From: an uncultured Methanosarcinales archaeon
GTDB taxonomy: Archaea; Nanobdellota; Nanobdellia; Woesearchaeales; CAYVYK01
Direction: 5' to 3'
Assembly: GCA_964455675.1 (NCBI GenBank)
Contig: CAYVYK010000008.1
Span: forward strand, 1-64,000
Length of the DNA: 64,000 bases
Part shown: positions 39,829-50,833 of the stretch, one piece after another
Layout of the letters: the number at the start of each line of letters is the position of its first letter
Position numbering within the stretch: position 1 is the first letter of the stretch
The notes under the pieces: generated by a model
The model's input: only the letters and a program-made list of their open reading frames with translations
The model's database searches: none
What the model was told of the DNA's origin: nothing
Position numbers and translations under genes: made by a program

Positions 39829-39838
39829 TATCCAAGAA

Positions 39839-40486
39839 TTACACCGGTCGCTTCTTGAAATGGTGCGGATTCTTCTCAATAAGCCTCTGAATGATGCTGT
39901 CAAAGATGTACGACCTCGTCCGATACTTCATGTACAGAAATCCGATCGCGCTGACGACGAGAGCGCCCACGGCATCAACAATCAAGTCAAACATGGTGTC
40001 AACAAGACCGCTCTTCTGCATGTTCAAGCCAAGCGAGCGGTCAAGGATGAACTCAACGATTTCCCACACGGCACCAATCGCGAGCGCAAACGCAAATGAG
40101 AACAAAGCGACAAAACTTGGGGCCATCTTGAGACGGATATGCTTCTCCTGGTTGAGCATGTAAATCAACATGAAACCAACTATACCAAGAAGAAAACCAG
40201 AGCTCAGATGGAGCATGATGTCCCACCACCAGAAGCGGTAGTAATACCCCTGGAAATCCCCGAGAAAGAATGACAGAAAGATGAAAATAATCGTCGCTGC
40301 CTCAATCTCCATCGGGAGGTACAAGTGGAATTTCGTGCGAAAAATGAAAGGGAGATATGTTAGGAAGAGAATACCTGCAATCAAAATGGCATGCAGATAC
40401 TCCTTGCGAAACAAGGAATAACAAATACCAAAGAATAGAATGGCCTGCAGCGTGTAGAGGAAGAGTTTCTGAATATACTTGAGCAT
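39839..40486 (-). CDS. Membrane protein (DUF2238/YjdF-like, possible intramembrane metal site)
   Basis: WWD..LH, WE..EF and DTM.DL motifs in TM helices. Confidence 0.75.
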   Translation of the reverse strand: MLKYIQKLFLYTLQAILFFGICYSLFRKEYLHAILIAGILFLTYLPFIFRTKFHLYLPMEIEAATIIFIFLSFFLGDFQGYYYRFWWWDIMLHLSSGFLLGIVGFMLIYMLNQEKHIRLKMAPSFVALFSFAFALAIGAVWEIVEFILDRSLGLNMQKSGLVDTMFDLIVDAVGALVVSAIGFLYMKYRTRSYIFDSIIQRLIEKNPHHFKKRPV

Positions 40487-40597
40487 AATGACTCCCAGGC
40501 ATTCAGGGTTTAAATAGGTTAGCTCAAAAATCCTGTTAATAGACTAGAGACACTCCCGGGATGAGAGTGTTTGAGATGGTATATTCATGGTCACTTA

Positions 40598-41863
40598 TCA
40601 CTTTTTCTGCGGATCCAAACCTGCAATAAAGACCCGATCATCTTGCCTAATTTGGATACCATCAAGAGCATCAAGGAAATCCTTATCCGACCATCCTGAT
40701 CCTTTGCAGTGCTTGTGGATGAGATCCAAGGGGAATTTGCGTTTACAATACATCTCATCAAGAAAATCATGCCCCCACTGACGCTGGATATCATTAGTAC
40801 GAAGAACTGACGCTGTCTGTTCGCCGCCAGATTGGGTACCACCCAGTTCGGAACCATCCGAGGTACGGGATCTTGAAGATTTCCAGTGCACGATGACGAG
40901 CGCGAATACAATCACCAGAACGAGAGGAACAGCGAGCACGAGGATCAACGAAGCAAGCTCCAGATGCTTCGAGGGGACAGGCTCACTTGGCATGGGCTGC
41001 TCCATATCCGGCAGTCCGACAGAAAACTGCAAGGAACCAATACCACTACTACCAATACCTGCATACGTGACCTTCAGAAGGTAAGAGCCTGGAAGCATAT
41101 CGGGGCGGAGGGCAATAACTTTTCCAAACGAAGAAGTCATATTCCGAAACTCACTCTCGAAAAAGATCACCTCGTTATCTAAATTCACGATTGAATAGTT
41201 GAAGGTCAGCAGCATAGGTTCCACTAACTGATCAATCGTCACGGAAAAATCAAGATTAGCACCAGGAACAAGAATATCCCCATTCCCCTTGCGAGTGATC
41301 TCAAGCACACTGTACGAACTCGTTGGCACAACATCAATCACGAGCGTCAAGAGTGTCGTGTATCCCTTACCTTGCACGGTGAAAGGAATCGAGTATATTG
41401 AGGATCCAGCCGCATCCTCTGGAACAGCCACCACCACATCAAGTGGCTGGCTTGAGTTACGCGGAATTGAAATGGACTCAGACGACATCATTACTCCATT
41501 TGGCAGGGACGCATTGATCATAACATCAATTGTCTGGCCAAAGAAGTTTGCTACACTCACCGGAACACGCATTGAATCACCCGGACGCATGACAAGCTTC
41601 ACATAATTGGGAAAGAGAAGAATATGCCCTCCGCTATACGTCGCAAGACCTGTCGCTCCACCTCCACCCGAGGATGAACCCGAGGAACCGGCAGGGGTCT
41701 CCACACGACGCTCAATATGGATACTTGTCCCGGTCACAGCATACCCCGTAATATCCGCAAACATGTAACCTGAGAAGAAAATCATGCATACAAAAACACA
41801 TGATACAACAACCGCCACAATCTTAGGATGATCACTCCTAAGGCTTTGCAGGGGGCGAGTCAT
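40598..41863 (-). CDS. Membrane-anchored Ig-like surface protein
   Basis: N-terminal TM + ITGYAV, two beta-sandwich domains, C-terminal TM and cytoplasmic GW domain. Confidence 0.7.
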   Translation of the reverse strand: MTRPLQSLRSDHPKIVAVVVSCVFVCMIFFSGYMFADITGYAVTGTSIHIERRVETPAGSSGSSSGGGGATGLATYSGGHILLFPNYVKLVMRPGDSMRVPVSVANFFGQTIDVMINASLPNGVMMSSESISIPRNSSQPLDVVVAVPEDAAGSSIYSIPFTVQGKGYTTLLTLVIDVVPTSSYSVLEITRKGNGDILVPGANLDFSVTIDQLVEPMLLTFNYSIVNLDNEVIFFESEFRNMTSSFGKVIALRPDMLPGSYLLKVTYAGIGSSGIGSLQFSVGLPDMEQPMPSEPVPSKHLELASLILVLAVPLVLVIVFALVIVHWKSSRSRTSDGSELGGTQSGGEQTASVLRTNDIQRQWGHDFLDEMYCKRKFPLDLIHKHCKGSGWSDKDFLDALDGIQIRQDDRVFIAGLDPQKK

Positions 41864-42506
41864 GAGAAGCTTCTTCCTCAATCTCCTTCTTTAACTTTTC
41901 CAATTCACGCTTCTTATCATCAATAGAAGGTTTTCTACGCTTCATGATCAAAATGATGATCAATCCGATAACAGCCACGAGCAAGATTACGGCCCACAGC
42001 AATGTGAGATCACGACCCTCAGCAACACATTTCACACGGAGCCTGAGCGGCACGGAAACACCAAGGCTCGTAGCTGAGCCAGTACCACCAGGACCACCCT
42101 CTTTTACCTCCTGCGCATTCACACTGCCCTCAAACACCTGCTCCTCCAACGAGCATGATTGCTTGCATAGATAGTCAGCAACCATACACTCCTTCGCATA
42201 CACTGTTGGAACCATAAAACATAGCGTGATCGGCATCGAATTATTGTGAGGAGTATTTGCTGGGACTAACTTTTCCTCGCTATCAACACTTGTGGCAACA
42301 CCCGAAAGTTCAGGAGATAGGGATAGCTTCACGATTACGTCTTCATCCCAGGGATTATAGATTCCATACGGGATGCAGACCTCCTGATTCTCGTTTACAA
42401 TCACGGACTCCCGGTCCCATGAGATACCCACACCTTTTCGTGCTTCAACTGGGACAACAAGCACCACAAGCAACAAACATAGCATAAAGAAATAAGACTT
42501 TTCCAT
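41838..42506 (-). CDS. Secreted, C-terminally anchored Ig-like protein (candidate pilus chaperone/anchor)
   Basis: Signal peptide, beta-sandwich with Gly-rich loop before SLGVSVPLRLRV, TM and basic tail. Confidence 0.65.
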   Translation of the reverse strand: MEKSYFFMLCLLLVVLVVPVEARKGVGISWDRESVIVNENQEVCIPYGIYNPWDEDVIVKLSLSPELSGVATSVDSEEKLVPANTPHNNSMPITLCFMVPTVYAKECMVADYLCKQSCSLEEQVFEGSVNAQEVKEGGPGGTGSATSLGVSVPLRLRVKCVAEGRDLTLLWAVILLVAVIGLIIILIMKRRKPSIDDKKRELEKLKKEIEEEASHDSPPAKP

Positions 42507-42507
42507 C

Positions 42508-43083
42508 TTACGAGCACCCCGTTCCCGTCGGCACACCTTGGAGGTATACCGTGTTATTGTAGGTACCCGGAGCTTGAGACGCGCTAACGTTCAACCAGAA
42601 ACGATAGAAATTCGATGTTCCAGCCGCCACGTTCGTACGACCCTTGATGTACATGGTTGACATGTTCTTGTACCCACCCGCTGGAGTTGGCGTCGTAAGA
42701 TTGGTATTGTCCGCATCCTTCCATGTGTAGTTACCAAGGAGGATACTATCACCGCCAGAGGAGTTCATCAAACTTGCTTTCACGCAGAAGTCAACAGGGC
42801 GGTTAGAATCATTCGAAATCGTAATATAATAAGCGGAGGCGTTTGGAGCATAATTTACTGTTGCGTTGTGATAAATGGCAGGCAAAGAGCTTATTGATCC
42901 AAAATTGATGCCATTCGTCAAATTAGACGACAGAGAGAGCGACACATAATTGCTAATGACAACTTCCGATGTGGTGGTGGAAATTGCATGACCAGTCGGA
43001 GTACTTACGGACCTGACAAGCATTGCAGAACTTAACAGGATGATCACGCCAAAAAACGCCATCACCATGTTCAGTTTGTTCAT
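42508..43083 (-). CDS. Small secreted beta protein (candidate major pilin)
   Basis: Signal + PTGHAI; INFG; FWLNV..SQAPGTYNNTV. Confidence 0.75.
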   Translation of the reverse strand: MNKLNMVMAFFGVIILLSSAMLVRSVSTPTGHAISTTTSEVVISNYVSLSLSSNLTNGINFGSISSLPAIYHNATVNYAPNASAYYITISNDSNRPVDFCVKASLMNSSGGDSILLGNYTWKDADNTNLTTPTPAGGYKNMSTMYIKGRTNVAAGTSNFYRFWLNVSASQAPGTYNNTVYLQGVPTGTGCS

Positions 43084-43162
43084 TCTCGGCCCTTCGAGGG
43101 ATTATACCTCCAGCCTTATAAAAATGTTTGGGAAATTTGATGTCACTGCCTCATGCAATCCC

Positions 43163-46100
43163 TCAAGGGTTTGTACCATGAGGCACACCCTTGATGGAAA
43201 CGCTGTTATTATACGTACCAGCGGGCTGGGACGCGGGAATTGAAAGGAAAAACTTGAAGTAAACATACGAACTTGTAGGAAGGTCGTCCCCAACCAGTAC
43301 ATAGGATGTAGTGAGGGGTATCTTACTAGCATTGCTGACATTTGGATTCGTGGTGCTCACACTAAAGGATTCATTTGAGAGCCGAATGTAATCCTCATCA
43401 GGCGTTGAAAGATTGGACAATCCCTTGATATAGACATCGACCCCAACACCCGTCGTCTGGATGGCAACATCATACCCTGTGGGAGCCGTACCATTATTGC
43501 CAAGAGCAGAAGCGTTCACTACAGGAATACTTGCGATACTCCAGGTGATACCCGAGCCAAGAGCATCGGAGAGCGAAATGCTAATCGCCTGTTCCGTGTC
43601 AATCGAGAAGTTTCTCACCGCAGATGATGAGTAATTGATAGTATCATTAGCCAGCACCTTCCAGAAATAGGTCATGTTATCCGCAAGCGGAGCCAGGATT
43701 GTATAATTGTGAGTAGTGATATTGTTCCTGCTGAAATTATACCAGGCGAAGGAGGCAGAAGTTGACAATAGCAAGGTGTAGTTGACACTATCGCCATCGC
43801 TATCCACAACGGATGACCAGTTGAGGAAAGGGGTCGTATCACCAGCTACAAATCCCGCGGAAGGCGAGAACAGGGTTACAATCGGAGGAGGAGTATTGAT
43901 CGTGAAGGTCCTCGTTACGGAGGTATTTGTGTGATTCATGACGTCCCAGCAGGACACATTCCAGTGCCAAGTGCCACGAGCAAGCAGATTGATCGTCATG
44001 TTCCTCCAAGACGCATTTGTGACCTCAAGATTTGTCGCGTTCCTTGAGCCATTCAGAGTTAGGTTGCACGTCAGGGGTGAGGAGAAGTCATCAGTCACCG
44101 ACCAGTTGAACGTGACGTTCCGAATGAGGATTTTGGATGATAATGGCGAATTCAGCTCGATCTTCGGTGCGGTCACATCCGGCTCACTCGTCGTAAATGA
44201 CCATTGGGAGGAAGTGTTCACATTGCCTGCAGCATCCCAACATGAAACTTTCCAGGTGTGCGTTCCAGTCAGGAATCCAGACACTGAGAAATTCCTCCAG
44301 GAATCATTCGTTGCTGCAATATTTGATGCATTTACGACGCCATCGATCGTCAGATTACAGGTTTGCATTGCTTCCACACTATCTACCAGGGTCCAATTGA
44401 AGAGCATGGACGCTGTATACCATCTCGAATCGTTTGAAGGGCTGACAAGCTCGAGATTTGGGGCGACGGTGTCAATCGTCACCTCACGCAGAGCTGTCTG
44501 GTTCATATTAGCACCCTCATCAACGATGAAGGACTGGAACGTATGTACACCCTCATCCAAGGAGGAATAGTTATTCCTGAATCTACCGGCTGAAGCGTCG
44601 TAGAGCGCTTGAACTTCAAAGGCAGAAAGGGTTCGATTCATGATGATCAACTCATCAATCGTCCCATTCCACAAAAAGTTCGTCGTGCTATACGCTCCGA
44701 TCTTGCTCGTCTTACGGTCGACAGCGATGCTCGTTTGAATAGATTTCGTCTCATTCAGAGCACCGTTAATATACAGTTTCACAGACTTATTCGTGTAATT
44801 ATGCGCCAAAGAGATCAAGTACCATCTGTCCTTCCCCAGGTTAGTGTTGAAGCTTGTGGACTGAGCTGCTGTACCATTGGTCCACTGCCACCAAACATCA
44901 CCATTAAGGAGATAGAACCAATGATACCCAACCGTATTGGACTGGGTACCAAGAGTGTAGACCGTACGGTACGACGTGATATTCCTAGCAAAGACCCAAC
45001 CGCTCACGCTGATCGCGCTGCTTGTGGAACTATTGCTCGCGATATTTACATAGCTATTTGTGAGTCCACTGAAGGAGAAAGCATTCCCAAACTTCCCAGT
45101 GCTACCAGCAGTGACTGTGCCAACAACGGATCCATTGCGACCATTACCAGACCAGTCATATATGCGTGTCGCGTTCTCTCCTGCGCTCGCTTTATTATCA
45201 AATCTCCACCATCCGACGAGCGAGTTGTCAAAGTTGGTTAAGCCGTACATTCTGCTTGCGTCTGTTGCGGTTACGTTAACCTCGATGTGGTTGCGACTCC
45301 TGGTTGAGGCATTAGATGGAGTGAGGCCAGTATAATCGATATGCGGACCCAAAGTGTCATTCACCGTAAATGTTGTCGATGCAGTGTTGATGTTGCCTGC
45401 AGTATCGTTCGCCCAGATGTTCATTGTGTACGCGCCAAACGCAGTGATATTGGTTAGCGTAGAGAGGTTGAGATCACCAGATGCAGATGTTCGACTGAGG
45501 AGGAGAGAATTATTCGGGTATGTCACATTAAAATTTACCACAGATAATGCAGCATCTGTTGCGGACCAGTTGATGCGAAGGCTTCTTTCATACTCCACCC
45601 ACGATAGATTCTTTCCCAAGAGGACAAGGGGGAGCGATGCGTCAAGTGTTACCTCCCACTCCTCAGTTTGGTTTCTATTGCCCGCCGCATCCACCGCATA
45701 GCTTCTGAAGGTGTGAATTGTACTCGAGAGACCGCTTATGTTAGCCTGGAATCTACCTTCGCTTGCATCATACAATGCCCCGATCTCATCAGCGGTAAGT
45801 GATCGGTTGAGCACGACCACTTCATCGATCGCACCGTTGAAATCATACTCGCGCACGGTCTCAGATATGTAGTAGTGAGTCGCTCCAATGGTAAAGTTCG
45901 AGCCATTCGTCGGGAGAATGGCTCCACTTGACACGTTGAGATTATCAAGTGTGCCGTTGATGTACAACATGATCATTGTTCCATTATAAACAGCCGCGAA
46001 ATGATACCACTTGCTAAGATCAGCGGCACCAAACGTTTTAGTGCTGTACACCTCCTTTGTTGTTGGCCCCGCAATACTGAAATGGAGTCTTCGCCCGCTT

Positions 46101-49100
46101 CGGCTTGTAGTCGTTAAACTTGAGTTTACAATTTGCACCTGCCAAAGACTCGATGATAAACCAAATTGACCAGAGAAAAAACCGAAATCACCAGGACCTA
46201 CTGATCCACTATTGTCCATCTCCATGCGGGGGTACGGCGCCGGGAATGTGTGTCCAAAATATTTCGCCAGAATCCCCTGGTCCATGGCGTCTACTGTTCC
46301 GTCCTCATTAAGATCCGAAGCAAGTGACTTTCCATTGCGTACGAGAGGGAAATAATACCTTCCTACACTATCAAGTCGGAACCATCCTGCGATCGTGATT
46401 GTTCCAGTCATATCCATGGTTTCCCCGGTTATCCCCTCGAGATAGTCCTCTGTACCGTCAAAGTCGTATGCGCCACCGAACCTCCCACTCGTCAGCAGGG
46501 TTGGATTTCCCTGCACCGTGAGATTGTTACCCATGCCGCTCCAATCAAATATCCGTGTCGTATTCTCACCAGCACTCGCGTCATTATCCATACTATACCA
46601 TCCGATAAGACTGTTGTCCAGGTTGGTGAATCCATACACAGCACTTGCATCGTTCACGCTTACGTTGGTGTACACCCAATCTTGATTGTGAGTTGTTCCG
46701 TTTGATGGAGTGATCCCTGAATAACTGATGGCAGGGCTAATCGTATCATTCACTGTGAATACTGCACTTGACGTGTTCACATGACTGACAGAATCATTCG
46801 CCCAGATGTTCATCGTGTACGTGCCGAGAATTGTGATATTATTAATCGTCGAAAGATTAAGGCTTCCTGACGAAGAAGTCCGACTGATGAAGAGGGATCC
46901 ATTAGGCCACGTGATATTGAACTTTGTCACGGATAACGAGACATCGGACGCAGTCCAGTTGAGGCGGATGGACCTTCCATACTCCACGAGCGAAAGATTC
47001 TGACCAATAACCAGTTTTGGCGCGATGGAATCAACAAGGTACGATACGTTCCGAACAGTGCTCTTGTTCTGCAGATCCCACATACTGCACCGCACGTACT
47101 CAGTTCCCTCAGAGGAGGACGCTGAAAACGAACAGGTCGCACTGTAGGGCGAAGGCCTATCAGCAAAGTTACCGCTTGTGCAGATAGTTTTGCTCATGTT
47201 CGGTGTGCACGAATTGGTCGTACCCTTGCAGCAGAGCATCTGCAGGATGTCGCCATCAGTATCTCCGGGTGATATGGCAGTAATTGTGACCGCTGAGCCC
47301 GGAGCAGGCGCGGAATCATTCACACTTATTGAAGTGAGCGTGGGCACTGTGTTCGTCGGCAGGACCGGATTGAAACTTCCTGGGAAGAGCGCGATATCGC
47401 ATCCCGTGAATTCAGAGAGGGCAGAGTTGATGTTCACATCCTCAGATACTTTCGTTGGTGTACCCCAGCTCTTCGTCGCATAGGTGAAGGGGATTGTGTA
47501 CAGGTCCACGTCGTCATCATCAACATAACAGAGTAGGGCATTACCCCATGAATCAACCGCAACTGAATACATCGCTCTGGAGTTCACATCAGCTGACGAA
47601 CCAACGTCCACACCCGCACCAGACCAAGATGTACCATCATAATAGGAATACTCAAGATTGTACAAGGAGTCCTCCCAGACGGCCATGCAGGTTCCATTGC
47701 TACCACAGCCGATTGTTGGGCCATTGCTTGAACAGATATTGCCTACAGTATCAAGCGCGGTGATCGTTCCCCAGCCGCGATTCCACTCCCTCACGTACAC
47801 TGGATCTCCCGACGCGGTGTAGTTACTCCATATGAGCCAGGCTTTACCGACGTCATATGCCGCAAGTGTCGGAAAACCAGCAATTCCTGTCCCAGGGTGC
47901 GAGAGCGTAATCCTTCCACTTTCATTCCAAGCAGCCCCGTTATAATAGAAGTACAGGTAGGAATCTTGATCGGTGTCGTCCTCCCGAACGACCGCGAGCG
48001 CAGTACCATCTCCCAGGTACGTGACCGCCGGAGCAGTATCACCATTTTCTGCGTCGAACGCTGTGGGATTAGTAATCTCGCTAAATGCGCTCCATGTTGC
48101 TCCCTTATCAGTACTGATTGAAGCAAACAGGCCTTCCGTTGCAGTACTTGGACCGACCATGATGGAATTGTTATTATACATATCAACCGCAAGAGATGAG
48201 CTACTCAGGGCAAACGATGTACCATCATCATAATCAACCCACTTACCGCTACTGCCGTTGTAATCCCATTGGTAACCATAGGTATTCGCGTCACCACGTT
48301 TACCTGTGATTATACCCCAACCCCAGGGATTCAGAGCAAGCGAAGGGGAATTAAGATTTGCTTCTTCAGAGTACTTGCTCAGGTTCTTCGTGACAAAATT
48401 ATCTATCCAGGTGGAACCGCTCGTATTCGTAACCGCAAACCGCGGCATATAACGGCCAGTAGAATAATTATTCGGGCTGTTGTCATCACTGATCCACGCG
48501 ACCATGGCCTTATTAATGGTTGTATTACCCAGGGGAGTATAATTTCCTAGAGGTATGGAGGGATCAATGATGTAGTCCAACTCCACTGTACCATTGACCC
48601 GCAAATCAAATACCGCATGGCTCTCAGTCGAGGGCATCCCTTCCAAAAACATTTTATACGTCCCGGGCGCGGTTATGCTCTCAAATTCGGCAAATTCGGC
48701 ACTTTGATCTTCTGCAAAAACAGTAATTGACGCCGTTGCGTTACTTCGCGCAACAAGAGTGATATCGTTCGTTTTGGTCAGATTGCGCTCAAATGTGATC
48801 CGTACATACTCACCATCATGGATAATTGGGCTCCAATTACCGTCCTGTGCAAATACATAACCATAGATATCCTGAATGAATGTCCTATTGCTATTGAGGT
48901 GTGCAGCTTGGGTGATTTCAATGATCACCTCATACGTCTGATTTGATAAGTGAGGCACGATCCACTCAACTGTGTCAATGATACCGTTGCTATTGGAATC
49001 AGTATACGTGATATCTTGCAGTTTCAAACGATAGAAGCCATTGTCCAACTCGACCGTATCAAACCCATCGGGCGTTTCGATCATCACTTCCCCCTCAAAT

Positions 49101-50833
49101 TGACCGGTGAATTCCCGATACTCTTGCTCGTTCAGGATCCAGTACACGCCAACCTGCTCATTCGTCTCCCTTGGCAGACTCGTGTGCGCAACAATGTTCT
49201 CATACCTGATATCTGAGAAGATCACAACCTCCTTTTTCTCGAGGGACAGATTGCGCTCAACACTCTCAGGGCCTTTGGTAGTGAAGTTAATCTCAATCGA
49301 GATGTTGCCGAGGGATTCATTCGACAGATTCATACCGGATGTAACGTTCTGAATTAGAATAGGTAATTCATCAGGGAGCATGTCTAGCCGACGTTCACGC
49401 ACCATGTCCCGCTGCATATTTCTAAGATCATTCTTCAACTCCCTGATCTCGTTCTGAAGATTTTTCTTGTCCTGTTTTGAGGCGGAAGCAAGCTGAACCT
49501 GCAGGTCAGTTAGCTCTTTAAGGGCTGGTTTTGCATCGATGGAATACCAGGAATCATTACTTAACACCAAAATATGCTTATTTTCTATCGCCTGTTTCAA
49601 ACCAACAGATCTTTTGCTCGCGGAAATATTCGTTGCCGAGATCGGGAGAGCTATCTCAATCGTCTCATTTCTCGTATGAATCGTTTTCTTCCAGTGGACC
49701 GGTTTATGAAGCTTGACCGCAGAGAGCAACTTCACACCATCGTTTGACTCATTACTCGTGACGCTAAGGTTTTCCGTCGCAATGGCAATGCCTTCATATT
49801 CATTTAGGAAAATGGGGACCGTTATTTGTACCGTATACTCTGCATCTGACGCAAAGAGAGTTATCTCATCCACTCTCGAGTCACTCCCAAGATACCTAAT
49901 CAGCAAACGATCACGGAAGACATCAACATACGTTTCCATCGGCTGGGTTGCCAGGAACGTCAGATTATCATGCTCAGGATCGAGAGCATAGCTTGACAGG
50001 TTCATGGTCAGGTTACCAGTCACAGTAATATTTGTCAGATTACTCCAGACTGGAGGATCATTCACCAGAACCTCGGTATACAAAACTTCATTAAGATACA
50101 GAACGGATGAGGGTCCAAGATGCACACGAAGGGAATACTCGCCACCGGATAAACTCAGCGCGCAAGAATCTCTGCAAACAGCCCTGAATTCCAGCGGAAC
50201 CTCAATACCAGGTTCTGAAACCAAGATTGGATTTTGTTGTGGATCCGCTGGCTCCGGGTTGATGGTCTCCTCGGGATTCTCAGTGCTTGTGGGAATTACC
50301 TCTGGAGGGGGCACTACCTCTGAGGGAATCTCCAAAGGCTCGGATACTACTTGAGTAGATTCGGGAACTGAAAGAGCAGGTTCCATTGATGGCTCTTTAG
50401 ACGGTTCCTGCATATTTTCTGGAACACTTGGTTCGCGAGGCTCAATCGTAGATTCATCGATATTTGGAATATCAAAAGACTCCTCACTATTGCTAGAGTC
50501 TGGTAAGTCTGCAATAGCGAGAGCCACTACTTCTGGTTCATTCGACTCTTGCCCGGACGTCGAGAACACCAAGAATTCCTGATCACCGCTCAAGAGATAC
50601 ACATCCCCTTGCCCGATGATGCTTCCGGAAATACTCAGTGATGATATCGGACCGGATATTGCCAAATCATACGCGCTGTCTTCGGTAAATGTCACATCCA
50701 GCGGTAGCGATATCAATGATTCAGATACAACAAGCCCAGTTAATCCAGACCGTAACACCGATCCACCAAGAATGACCCCAAGGATTATCCCGAGGAGGAA
50801 CAATCGGTAGCGCACAAGCCGAAACTCAGCCAT
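43163..50833 (-). CDS. Giant surface adhesin, 2556 aa (beta-propeller, 2 LamG, Ig repeats, dockerin-like insert, C-terminal pilin-like domain)
   Basis: Asp-box STDKGATW; LamG motifs L.GW..D, G.FG.A..F, W.H..., FNG.IDE; many N-X-S/T sequons. Confidence 0.85.
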   Translation of the reverse strand: MAEFRLVRYRLFLLGIILGVILGGSVLRSGLTGLVVSESLISLPLDVTFTEDSAYDLAISGPISSLSISGSIIGQGDVYLLSGDQEFLVFSTSGQESNEPEVVALAIADLPDSSNSEESFDIPNIDESTIEPREPSVPENMQEPSKEPSMEPALSVPESTQVVSEPLEIPSEVVPPPEVIPTSTENPEETINPEPADPQQNPILVSEPGIEVPLEFRAVCRDSCALSLSGGEYSLRVHLGPSSVLYLNEVLYTEVLVNDPPVWSNLTNITVTGNLTMNLSSYALDPEHDNLTFLATQPMETYVDVFRDRLLIRYLGSDSRVDEITLFASDAEYTVQITVPIFLNEYEGIAIATENLSVTSNESNDGVKLLSAVKLHKPVHWKKTIHTRNETIEIALPISATNISASKRSVGLKQAIENKHILVLSNDSWYSIDAKPALKELTDLQVQLASASKQDKKNLQNEIRELKNDLRNMQRDMVRERRLDMLPDELPILIQNVTSGMNLSNESLGNISIEINFTTKGPESVERNLSLEKKEVVIFSDIRYENIVAHTSLPRETNEQVGVYWILNEQEYREFTGQFEGEVMIETPDGFDTVELDNGFYRLKLQDITYTDSNSNGIIDTVEWIVPHLSNQTYEVIIEITQAAHLNSNRTFIQDIYGYVFAQDGNWSPIIHDGEYVRITFERNLTKTNDITLVARSNATASITVFAEDQSAEFAEFESITAPGTYKMFLEGMPSTESHAVFDLRVNGTVELDYIIDPSIPLGNYTPLGNTTINKAMVAWISDDNSPNNYSTGRYMPRFAVTNTSGSTWIDNFVTKNLSKYSEEANLNSPSLALNPWGWGIITGKRGDANTYGYQWDYNGSSGKWVDYDDGTSFALSSSSLAVDMYNNNSIMVGPSTATEGLFASISTDKGATWSAFSEITNPTAFDAENGDTAPAVTYLGDGTALAVVREDDTDQDSYLYFYYNGAAWNESGRITLSHPGTGIAGFPTLAAYDVGKAWLIWSNYTASGDPVYVREWNRGWGTITALDTVGNICSSNGPTIGCGSNGTCMAVWEDSLYNLEYSYYDGTSWSGAGVDVGSSADVNSRAMYSVAVDSWGNALLCYVDDDDVDLYTIPFTYATKSWGTPTKVSEDVNINSALSEFTGCDIALFPGSFNPVLPTNTVPTLTSISVNDSAPAPGSAVTITAISPGDTDGDILQMLCCKGTTNSCTPNMSKTICTSGNFADRPSPYSATCSFSASSSEGTEYVRCSMWDLQNKSTVRNVSYLVDSIAPKLVIGQNLSLVEYGRSIRLNWTASDVSLSVTKFNITWPNGSLFISRTSSSGSLNLSTINNITILGTYTMNIWANDSVSHVNTSSAVFTVNDTISPAISYSGITPSNGTTHNQDWVYTNVSVNDASAVYGFTNLDNSLIGWYSMDNDASAGENTTRIFDWSGMGNNLTVQGNPTLLTSGRFGGAYDFDGTEDYLEGITGETMDMTGTITIAGWFRLDSVGRYYFPLVRNGKSLASDLNEDGTVDAMDQGILAKYFGHTFPAPYPRMEMDNSGSVGPGDFGFFSGQFGLSSSLWQVQIVNSSLTTTSRSGRRLHFSIAGPTTKEVYSTKTFGAADLSKWYHFAAVYNGTMIMLYINGTLDNLNVSSGAILPTNGSNFTIGATHYYISETVREYDFNGAIDEVVVLNRSLTADEIGALYDASEGRFQANISGLSSTIHTFRSYAVDAAGNRNQTEEWEVTLDASLPLVLLGKNLSWVEYERSLRINWSATDAALSVVNFNVTYPNNSLLLSRTSASGDLNLSTLTNITAFGAYTMNIWANDTAGNINTASTTFTVNDTLGPHIDYTGLTPSNASTRSRNHIEVNVTATDASRMYGLTNFDNSLVGWWRFDNKASAGENATRIYDWSGNGRNGSVVGTVTAGSTGKFGNAFSFSGLTNSYVNIASNSSTSSAISVSGWVFARNITSYRTVYTLGTQSNTVGYHWFYLLNGDVWWQWTNGTAAQSTSFNTNLGKDRWYLISLAHNYTNKSVKLYINGALNETKSIQTSIAVDRKTSKIGAYSTTNFLWNGTIDELIIMNRTLSAFEVQALYDASAGRFRNNYSSLDEGVHTFQSFIVDEGANMNQTALREVTIDTVAPNLELVSPSNDSRWYTASMLFNWTLVDSVEAMQTCNLTIDGVVNASNIAATNDSWRNFSVSGFLTGTHTWKVSCWDAAGNVNTSSQWSFTTSEPDVTAPKIELNSPLSSKILIRNVTFNWSVTDDFSSPLTCNLTLNGSRNATNLEVTNASWRNMTINLLARGTWHWNVSCWDVMNHTNTSVTRTFTINTPPPIVTLFSPSAGFVAGDTTPFLNWSSVVDSDGDSVNYTLLLSTSASFAWYNFSRNNITTHNYTILAPLADNMTYFWKVLANDTINYSSSAVRNFSIDTEQAISISLSDALGSGITWSIASIPVVNASALGNNGTAPTGYDVAIQTTGVGVDVYIKGLSNLSTPDEDYIRLSNESFSVSTTNPNVSNASKIPLTTSYVLVGDDLPTSSYVYFKFFLSIPASQPAGTYNNSVSIKGVPHGTNP

